Positions 54,058 through 64,000 of a stretch of DNA of 64,000 nt are shown here, one piece after another (the first letter of the stretch is position 1; the number at the start of each line of letters is the position of its first letter). The notes under the pieces are model-generated. The model ran no database searches. It saw nothing but the letters and a program-made list of their open reading frames with translations, and was not told the origin of the DNA. The stretch covers positions 29,450,001 through 29,514,000 of the forward strand of contig OZ024759.1 in NCBI GenBank assembly GCA_964016885.1. The letters are read 5' to 3'. Both the position numbers and the translations under genes were made by a program. The stretch comes from Eledone cirrhosa. Taxonomy: Eukaryota.

Positions 54058-54694
54058 AATATCATAAAATACAAGTAAGTCTTGGTACAGGCTGACATGA
54101 TGGAGGAAATATTACCCCACTCTGGAGGAAGGATGGTGAGGGAGATTGGCTAGAAATTGTCACTACATCTCACTAATATAATAAAATACAAGTAAGTCTT
54201 GGTACAGGCTGACATGATGGAGGAAATATTACCCCACTCTGGAGGAAGGATGGTGAGGGAGATTGGCTGGGAATTGTCATTACATCTCACCAATATAATA
54301 AAATACAAGTAAGTCTTGGTACAGGCTGACATGATGGAGGAAATATTACCCCACTCTGGAGGAAAGATGGTGAGGGAGATTGGCTGGGAATTGTCATTAC
54401 ATCTCACCAATATAATAAAATACAAGTAAGTCTTGGTACAGGCTGACATGATGGAGGAAATATTACCCCACTCTGGAGGAAAGATGGTGAGGGAGATTGG
54501 CTGGGAATTGTCATTACATCTCACCAATATAATAAAATACAAGTAAGTCTTGGTACAGGCTGACATGATGGAGGAAATATTACCCCACTCTGGAGGAAGG
54601 ATGGTGAAGGAGATTGGCTGGTAATTGTCACTACATCTCGTCAATATCATAAAATACAAGTAAGTCTTGGTACAGGCTGACATGATGGAGGAAA
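54058..54694. repeat. 117-bp tandem repeat, ~5.4 copies
   Basis: acaagtaagtcttggtacaggctgacatgatggaggaaat recurs at 54071, 54188, ...; 39-aa periodicity in the ORF. Confidence 0.92.
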
Positions 54695-55421
54695 TCCACC
54701 GCCCTATATTAAATAATGATGTTTACACTCTACTAATGTATTGAATACCTTTTGTTACTGTGGTTACACCTGATTTTATATATATCATCATCATCATCAT
54801 CATTTTACGTCTGTTTTTCCCTGCTTGCAAGGGTGGGGCGGGACCAATCCAGCACAGCATCTCTCCACTTGTCACGGTCCTTCGTCATCTCCTCCGTGAG
54901 CTTCAGTGATCTGAGATCAGCTCTCACCCCCTCTGTCCATTATTTTCGTGGTCTTCCTCTACTGCGTCTTCCTTCTACTGGGATTTCTTGGCACTTCTTT
55001 ACCCAGTGGTCATCCTCTATGCGCATCACATGTCCATATATATATATATACACAGACACACACACACACACATATATAATGTTGGTATATCTGGCATACC
55101 AATCATAGAAGCCGAAGCTTAAATCCTTTGAATGCTATTTTTGACGCCATGGGTGCACTAGTCTATATAATGATGAAGATAAGAGGGAAAAATAAGGAAA
55201 GTTTTCCAAATTTAAAACTAAAATGTGTTCTATTTAATATACAACTGCCATCTGCCACACATTTCATTACATACATTCATACATATATATATATACAAAC
55301 ACACATATATTTACAGGTTATATATATATATATATATATGCGGGGTGACCCAGACGTTCTGTTACAAAGGTAAAAAAAATATATATATATGCATGCATAT
55401 ATATATATGTATATATGTGTG

Positions 55422-55454
<33 letters not shown>

Positions 55455-55583
55455 GTGTGTGTGTGAATATATATATATATGTATATATATATGTGTGCGT
55501 GTGTATATATATGTGTGTGTATGTATATATATATGTGTGTGTATGTGTATATATATATATATATATGCATGTATATATATATA

Positions 55584-55622
<39 letters not shown>

Positions 55623-57894
55623 GCATGTATATAGGGAGGCACATGGCTTAGTGGTTAGAGCAATTGAAAGGTTATGAGTTCAATTCTCGGACCGAGTGAT
55701 GTGTTGTTTCCTTGAGCAAGACACTTTATTTCACATTGCTCCAGTTTACTCAGTTGAGGAAATAAGATGATAGGGACTGGGGTCCCTATCATTCCACTGC
55801 AAAGTGGTTGTGGAGGTGCCACGGCAAAAAAACCACCCAGCACTCACTGTAAATGAGGTTGGTGTTAGGAAGGGCATCCAGCTGTAGAAATCAAGCCAGA
55901 ATCAGTTCCCGTCCCACCCTTGCAAGCAGGGAAAAGCGGACGTAAAATGAAATCATGATGATGATGAAATGATGATATATATGTGTGTGTATATATATAT
56001 ATATACATCATTACATATATATATACAACATTACATATATATATATATATATAATGCAAATATATGTATATATGTAATGCATATATATATTCATATATTT
56101 ATATATACAGTGGAAAAAAATCTACTTGCTTCATACTCCATAGAAAAAAAGAAACGAAAAAGAAATGAAAAATGATGGCAGATGAAATAGAATAAAATGT
56201 TTTAAAGTGGGTCATACTGGAGCAGCAAAATATTCCTGTTTCCTTGGCAACTGTTGCTATGGTACTAAAGGCACCGTTGTATGTATGTAAATGATGTTTG
56301 ATAAATATTAGCCGACTCCACAGTTCCTCTTTCTTCTTCTTCTTCTTCTTCTTCTTCATCATCTTCCTTTTTTTAAATGCGGCTTCTTCTTGTTCATCTT
56401 CTTTCTTTTTTTGTTCTTCTTCGGCTACTTCATCTTCTTCCTATCATCATCATCATCGTCATTGTCAACTCAGTAGTGGTATAAAAACTTCAAGCTGCCC
56501 TCCTCCATTTTAAGTTACCTTCTCCCCCCGCCCAACCTGCCTCACCCCGCCACCCCGCTGGTAATCTAAAATTGTGTCTCCCTTTAAACTCCGGAGGCTA
56601 GCCCCGAATCTGATTTCAAATTACCATTGCTCTCTCTCTCTCTTTCTCACACACACACACACACTCTCATTTTCTCTCTCTCACACACATTCTCTCTCTT
56701 TCACATGTACACTCACTTTTCTCTTTCTCTCACACACAAACACTTTCCCTCTCTTTCTCTCACACACACACACTCATTTTCTCTCTCTCACACCCTCTTT
56801 CTCTCACTTTCACATACACCCTCTCACTCTCTCTCACGCTCTCACCCTCTCACTCTCTCTCTTTCTGATTTAGTTAAGATGATAAATTCTAAAGTTTACA
56901 AGGCATAAAATGTTATTTTTACCTAAAACACACCAAACCAGATTGTTAGCTGGTCTTAGAGGATTCTTACAACAAGCACCAATTTTTATTTTGTCTTTAA
57001 CCCTTTAGCATTTAAACCGGCCATATCTAGCCAGAATTCTCTCACCTCTTTCTGTTCAAACTGGCCGTAACCAGCTGCTCATACTACTGTTAAGGTATTG
57101 TTCTCAAAATAAACAATATAAAAGTTTCATAGATTTGATATTATGCGAGATAATTATGTGAAATAAAGCCTTTCCCATGAAAATATAATAGTAAATAATT
57201 GTTTCTACTTTTGGCACAAGGCCAGCAATTACCCCAGTGTATTACTGGTACTTTATTTTATCTACCCTCGTAAAGATGAAATGCAAAGTTAACCTCGGCG
57301 GGATTTGAATCCAGACCGTAAAAGGCCGTAACTCTATGCTGCAAAGAATGGCGTCCGACCCTCCACCGATACTGCCAATCCACCGCCCTCTAATAATAAT
57401 AGTTTCTGATTCAGGCACAAGGCCAGCAATGGCCAACAATGTTGGGGGGAGGGGAAAGTCGATTATATTGACCCGAGTGTGTGACTGGTACTTTATTTTA
57501 GCAACCACATAAGTATGAAAAGCAAAGCTAATCTCGGTGGGATTTGAACTCAGACTGTAAAGGGTCACAACTCTATGCTGAAAAAGCATGGTGTCTGATG
57601 CTCAACCAATTTTGGCAATCCACCATCCTTAATGATAATAATAAAATAACAAAAAATATAAATAAGATAGGGGAAAAAACAGCAAATAATATAAACAAAT
57701 GAAGTAAAATCAACACTGAATTTAATTAAAGAGCAACAACAACAACAATAGCAAGAACAACAACTGAAAGAGATAAATAAACCAATAGAAAATATATGAA
57801 ATAGAAAAATATCCGTTCACATCTGGTTTTCCTTAACGAGCTATCACATTAAGCACATCAACTGTCGTTTGTTTCATTATATATATACATTGTA

Positions 57895-58285
57895 TGGATG
57901 GAGGGAGGGGGTGGAGGGGGTGGATGGGGGGATGGGGGATGGAGGGACGGAGGGGGTGGATGGAAGGAGGGGGTGGAGGGGGTGGATGGGGGGATGGGGG
58001 ATGGAAGGATGGAGGGGAAGGATGGAGGGAGGGGGTGGATGAAGGGATGGAAGAACGGAGGGGGTGGATGGAAGGATGGAGGGGATGGATGGATGGGGGA
58101 TGGATGAAGGGATGGATGGGGGATGGATGAAGGGATGGATGGGGGATGGATGAAGGGATGGAAGGACGGAGGGGGTGGATGGAAGGATGGAGGGGAAGGA
58201 TGGATGGGGGATGGATGAAGGGATGGAAGGACGGAGGGGGTGGATGGAAGGATGGAGGGGAAGGATGGATGAGGGGGGGATGGGT
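57895..58285 (+). repeat. GGA/GGATGG purine-rich tract with G-quadruplex/triplex potential
   Basis: Many G3-G6 runs separated by short A/AT linkers. Confidence 0.75.
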
Positions 58286-58386
58286 GTGTGTGTATAAATG
58301 TGTGTCTATCTGTTTGTCTGTATGTGTGTATGTATAGATATATATATATGTTTGTTTGCTTGTCTGTCTCTCTCTCTGTATGTATA

Positions 58387-58476
<90 letters not shown>

Positions 58477-59237
58477 GTCAGGTCGCTCTTCAGCGCTACT
58501 GGTAACGTGTAACCCAGTACAACCTGTACATGGTCGGGTCGTCGGCGACTAAACCGGCAACCCCACCAAGCTTCCTTGGTGAGGAGGGTGATTTTGGACA
58601 CCCTGCGAGATGAAAAACAAGACCCGTCAAAGGGCAGAGGAACTCAGGAGAGTCAACGACCATCCAATAAGGATTTCTTGTTTTTGTTGAGCGAGAGACC
58701 CCTAGTCTTCATTAAGACATCTCTCTAGGAGAAGGTCACCTCTGATGTAAAACCTGCGACTTCGTTTGCATCCAAGGATGTAGACCAGTTCTAGTTTTGA
58801 GATAAATGAATTCAATTTTCAGAGAGAGGGATTGGCCCCGTACAAAGCCTTTCCTCACTTAAAAAAGATTCAAGCACAGTTATTGCTTGATTCGTGACAT
58901 TTTTTTGTGATGCATGGTATTGCTAGCCACAGGGAAGCCCCCGCCCCACCCCCCTAGCAGGACTGAAAAGCGCCATCCGTGAAGCTCATGTTTAAATATC
59001 AAGTGATGACATTACTTGAAATCGAGTTGCAGCCATCATGTATGTGTGTGTATGTATGTATGTGTGTGTGTGTGTGTATGTATATGTGTATATATATATA
59101 TATGTGTGTGTGTAGGAATATACATATGTATGAATTGATCTCATGTCCTTACAATCGTGATCCGGGCACCTTAACCACTAAGCTATGCATTCTCACTACA
59201 TAGACAGACATGTTAAGAATAATTCAATAACATCACC

Positions 59238-59274
<37 letters not shown>

Positions 59275-59300
59275 CCACCACCACCACCACCACCACCACC

Positions 59301-59332
<32 letters not shown>

Positions 59333-59419
59333 CAGTAGAACTTCCTACCCACCCCATTTCTATAATCTGTTTGTCTAGACTGACTCAAAACAAGAGCAAA
59401 ATAAATCATAAATGTGGAA

Positions 59420-59685
59420 TATATATATATATAGTTCAAGGAAACAAACAATTTATATATATATATATATATACGATATTAATAAATGGAAACTATATTT
59501 ATAAAACCATATTTATTTCATTATACATATTTCAGGGATACCATATTAAATTATGGTATGCCTTCATCAGACAAAATACAATATATAACAGTTTTACAAA
59601 TAGCTTTGACGTACCCTTTTAAAATACAACCATTACTTTTGGAGGCTGTCTGTCTATATATATATATAGTTCAAGGAAACAAACA

Positions 59686-59722
<37 letters not shown>

Positions 59723-60043
59723 GAAGTTATATTTAAATTGTTGGGATACAACAAGCAAATATTTTTATAACTGATATAAAGCACTCAACAAATTATTGGA
59801 GTAAAAATACAATATATTAACAAATGGAAAGTATATTTATAAAACCATATTTATTTCATTATACATATTTCAAGGACACCAAGTTAAATTATGGTGTGCT
59901 TTATATTTTATCTGATGAAAGCACACCATAATTTAACTTGGTGTCCTTGAAATATGTATAATGAAATAAATATGGTTTTATAAATATAGTTTACATTTGT
60001 TAATATATCGTATATATATATATATAGTTCAAGGAAACAAGCA

Positions 60044-60050
<7 letters not shown>
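59420..60050. mobile_element. Tandem plus inverted short HHR-bearing units (HHR at 59519-59575 -, 59908-59962 +)
   Basis: CUGAUGA AGGCAUACCAU..AUGGUAUCCCU GAAAUAUGUA and CUGAUGA AAGCACACCA..UGGUGUCCUU GAAAUAUGUA; palindrome at 59812-60008. Confidence 0.75.
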
Positions 60051-60089
<39 letters not shown>

Positions 60090-60249
60090 GTATACATGTA
60101 TATATACATAAATATCTATGTATTTGTTATATATATATATATGAATGTATATATATATATATATATATATGCGTGTATATACATGTATATACATACACAG
60201 ATATATATATGTATACATTTATATTTGTATACTGTGTATATATATATAT

Positions 60250-62112
60250 ATGCACTTCTTCACCCATCGGTCATCCTCCATGCGCATCACATGTCCATAC
60301 CACCTCAGTCTCCTCTCCCATACACTACATTCTATCCCTCTCAGACACAGTTTCTCTCTCAACACATTTATGCTGGGTCGTTCACGCACATTTACACTGC
60401 ACATCCAACGGAGCATGCTTGCCTCATTTCTCTCCAGCCGTCGCATATCCTCTGCGGTTGCTGCCCATGTCTCACTACCATGCAGCATCGCGCTCCTCAC
60501 ACAGGCATCATACAACCGGCCTTTCGTACGCAGGGAGAAACCCTTCTTCGTCAACAGAGGAAGCAGCTCCCTAAACTTCTTCCAACCCGTCCTTATTCTA
60601 GATACTCGGAACACCCTCCTCCCATGCTAATCTGATCTCCTAGGTACCGGAAGCTATCCACCACTTCTATAGCGCCCTCTTGCATTTGAAAAATGTGTCT
60701 ATCAGTGCGACTTCTACTGTCTAATTTCCCTGTACATCTACTGCATACATATTTCTCCCTACCTGTTAGTTTGCCTGCTATCCCGCTACATCTCTTGTGT
60801 ACCCAGGATCTGCATTGTGTGCATTTTATAGAATTTATGCCAGTTCCTTTTCTGCATATCGAACATGGCCATTTCCCTGACGGAATCAGGGTTTTGTCCT
60901 CTTTTCTACTCATCAACACTTTTGTCTTAGCTAGATTCACTCTCAGTCCTCTTGCTTCCAACTGCTGTTTCCATAGCCAGAATTTATTCTCTAGCTCCTC
61001 TACTGATTCTGCTATAAGAACCAGATCGTCAGCATAGAGAAGTTCCCATGGACAGCCAGTCTTAAACTCCTCTGTTATGGCTTGGAGGACCAAACCCTGA
61101 TGTACTCCTACTTGTATCTGGAATTCCTCACTAAACTCCATTCCTACCCTGACTTTACTGAGAGTACCTCTGTACAAAGTTTGCACTGTCCTCACAAGCC
61201 ATTCCTCAACACCTAGCTTCCTTAGGGACCACCAGATGACAGATCGGGGTACCCTATCAAAGGCCTTCGCTAGGTCAACAAAGGCTAAGTATAGTGGCTT
61301 ATTCTTCTCTAAGAACCTCTCTTGCATTTGTCTCACCAAGAAGAGGGCATCTGTTGTACTCTTCCCAGGCACAAAACCAAACTGCATCTCATCTAGTTTG
61401 ACCCTTTCTCTAATTAGTTGTGCTAAAATCCTTTCTGCCACTTTCATAACCTGATCTATCAGTTTTATACCCCTATAATTGCTCCTCTCCAAAGCATCCC
61501 CTTTACCTTTGTAGCAATTTATGAGAATACTGCTGCACCAGTCTTTGGGTATGACACCACTATATGTAGCCTGATTGATGATGTGTGCAACCAGTTTAGT
61601 GCCTATGTCCCCTGATGCCTTCGGCATCTCAGCAACTATTCCCGATGGTCCGGCCGCCTTACCATTTTTCATTTCCCTAATCGCCTCTTGGACCCTATAT
61701 TCGTCAATCTCAATAGCTGGTCCCTCTGTCGGATCTACCAAGGGTAATTTCTCTCTCTCCCATTCGTTCTCCACATTCATCAGTCTCTCATAATGACATT
61801 TCCAGGCCTCCTTTTTCTGATCATTCGTGACACTAAGTACACCGGCATCATCCCGGACACATTTATCTCCAACAACATCCTGATTTGCATTGACACACTG
61901 CCTTGCAATATGGAACACCGCACGCCTCTGATCTTCCCGTCGCAGAACATTGGCAAACCTCCTACTCTCTGCCTCCCTGCGTGCTAAGTACACCTGACGT
62001 CTAGCTTCTCTCTTAGTGGCTGTATATTCTTCCCTACTCCCACCCTTTTTCCAAGCCTTCCATGCTAGTCTTTTGTCTCTAATAGCCTTATCTACTGTGC
62101 TGTTCCACCACT
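60250..62112 (-). mobile_element. RTE-clade LINE internal fragment (reverse transcriptase), decayed
   Basis: ORF 60593-61993: NYRGIKL, QFGFVPGKSTTDA, FVDLAKAFDRVP, GVHQG (followed by a short deletion), LLYADDL, then a frameshift into 60219-60614. Both ends run into (TA)n. Confidence 0.93.
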
Positions 62113-62602
62113 AGTATGTATATATATGTATATATATATATATTATTGTATATATATGTGTATATATATATATGTGTGTATATATATGTGTGTGTGTATT
62201 ACTATAACACATTAAAAGTTTAAGCAAACAATTTCTGGTGTTAGTGGTGTTGGTAGAGGTTGTAGTGGTGGTGGTGGTGTCATTGTGGTGTTAGTGGTAG
62301 TAGTGGTGGTGGTGGTGGTGTCATTGTGGTGTTAGTGGTAGTAGTGTTGGTGGTGTTTATGGCAGTGGTGGTATTAGTGGTTGTGGAGTTGGTGTTGGTG
62401 ATGGTGATGTTGGGACTGTTTTGAGTGGTTCTGGTTATGGTGATGATGGTGATTGTAGTGGTGTGGTTTTGGTGTTAGTGGTGGTGAAGGTGGTGGTGAT
62501 GGTGGTGAGAGTGGTGTTGGTGGTGAAGGTGGGGTTGGGGGAAGGAGAGATGGTATGGAAGACAAGTTAGGAATAACATTGTACAGACTGTTGTAGAGGA
62601 GG

Positions 62603-63595
62603 GTGCAGTGTCTGTGTGTCTGTTGTGTGTGTGTGTGTCAGTGTGTGTGTGTGTCAGTGTGTATGTGTGTGTGTCAGTGTGTATGTGTGTGTGTGTCAGT
62701 GTGTATGTGTGTGTGTGTGTGTCAGTGTGTGTGTGTGTGTGTGTGTGTCAGTGTGTATGTGTGTGTGTGTGTCAGTATGTCAGTGTGTATGTGTGTCAGT
62801 GTGTATGTGTGTGTCAGTGTGTATGTGTGTGTGTGTCAGTGTGTATGTGTGTCTGTGTGTGTGTATGTGTGTCTGTGTGTGTGTGTCAGTGTGTGTGTGT
62901 ATGTGTGTCTGTGTGTGTGTGTCAGTGTGTGTGTGTATGTTTGTTAGTCTGTATGTCTGTCAGTGCGTATGTGTATCAGTGTCTATGTGTTTGTGTATGC
63001 CAGTGTGTCTGTTTGTCTGTCAGTGTGTGTGTATGTGTCAGTGTGTATGTCAGCGTCTGTGTGTGTGTCAGTGTCTATGCGTGTGTGTGTGTGTGTGTAT
63101 GTATGCCAGTGTGTCTGTTTGTCTGTTAGTGTGTGTGTGTGTGTCAGTGTGTGTCTATGTCAGTGCATGTGTGTGTGTCTCAGTGTCTGTATGTGTATAT
63201 GTCTGTATATGTCAATGTGTGTGTATGTGTCAGTGTGTGTATGTGTCAGTGTGTGTGTATGTGTCAGTGTGTGTGTATGTGTCAGTGTGTGTGTATGTGT
63301 ATGTGTCAGTGTGTGTGTATGTGTCAGTGTATGTGTATGTGTCAGTGTGTGTATGTGTCAGTGTATGTGTCAGTGTGTGTGTATGTGTCAGTGTGTCTAT
63401 GTGTCAGTGTGTGTGTATGTGTATGTGTCAGTGTGTGTGTATGTGTCAGTGTATGTGTATGTGTCAGTGTGTGTATGTGTCAGTGTGTGTGTATGTGTCA
63501 GTGTGTCTATGTGTATGTGTCAGTGTGTGTATGTGTATGTGTCAGTGTGTGTATGTGTCAGTGTATGTGTCAGTGTGTGTATGTGTATGTGTCAG
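62603..63595. repeat. (TG)n-based compound satellite with a gtcagt punctuation
   Basis: Directly visible. Confidence 0.85.
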
Positions 63596-63889
63596 ATATT
63601 TTCTGTAAGAAGTTATACAAAGGAGAGGTGGTGGTGTGGCGGTTGGGGCTTGAGTAACAAGGGAGTGGGGGGAGGAAGCAAGTGTGGGGTGGGTGTAAGT
63701 GTGGAGTGGTGGGGGAGGTAGTAAGTGTGGGGGTGTGGGGTGTGAGGTCGGGTAAGTGTGGGGTGGTGGTGGAGTCTGGAATTTGTATGTGGTGAGCTGT
63801 TATATAATTTTCTGTTTGTGTGTGAATACCTCTATGTTTCTCTAAGAATATGTGTGTGTCTGTGTGTGTTTGTGTGTGTATGTGTCATT

Positions 63890-64000
63890 CTAACAGCTCT
63901 AATATATCAATAGTAGGGTAGGTAGTCCACCCTAACAGCTCTAATATATCAATAGTAGGGTAGGTAGTCCACCCTAACAGTTCTAATATATCAATAGTAG
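63890..64000. repeat. 42-bp tandem repeat running off the window
   Basis: ctaacagctctaatatatcaatagtagggtaggtagtccacc, ~2.6 copies. Confidence 0.9.

Noticed and set aside
54150-54683. 177-aa ORF with a 39-aa repeat
   Set aside because: Open only because one frame of the 117-bp unit lacks stops; no support outside the array.

Overview
Repeat-rich, AT-rich animal genomic DNA dominated by (TA)n/(CA)n microsatellites; the repeat families look cephalopod (octopus-like), which is an inference. Most of the supplied ORFs are microsatellite translation artefacts. Supportable content: a decayed hAT (Charlie/Buster-type) transposon with TIRs and an 8-bp TSD nested in an RTE LINE; a 1.29-kb mariner; an internally deleted Tc1/mariner (DD37D/maT-like) element; RTE LINE fragments, one with twin-priming geometry, carrying a C4HC3 (PHD-type) finger after the RT; tRNA-derived SINEs; Penelope-like GIY-YIG remnants; minisatellites; and one probable low-complexity first coding exon (32298-33965). 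The most notable signal is a dense, sequence-diverse set of minimal type-I hammerhead ribozyme (HHR) motifs, about a dozen full or near-full cores plus several 3'-halves. They sit in short Penelope-like/retrozyme-like units, mostly next to (TA)n tracts, and several are converted into fold-back palindromes centred on or beside ribozyme stem II. There is also a ~3.6-kb foldback with a GC-rich nested-hairpin centre (11088-14705). All folds were read by eye and have not been computed.
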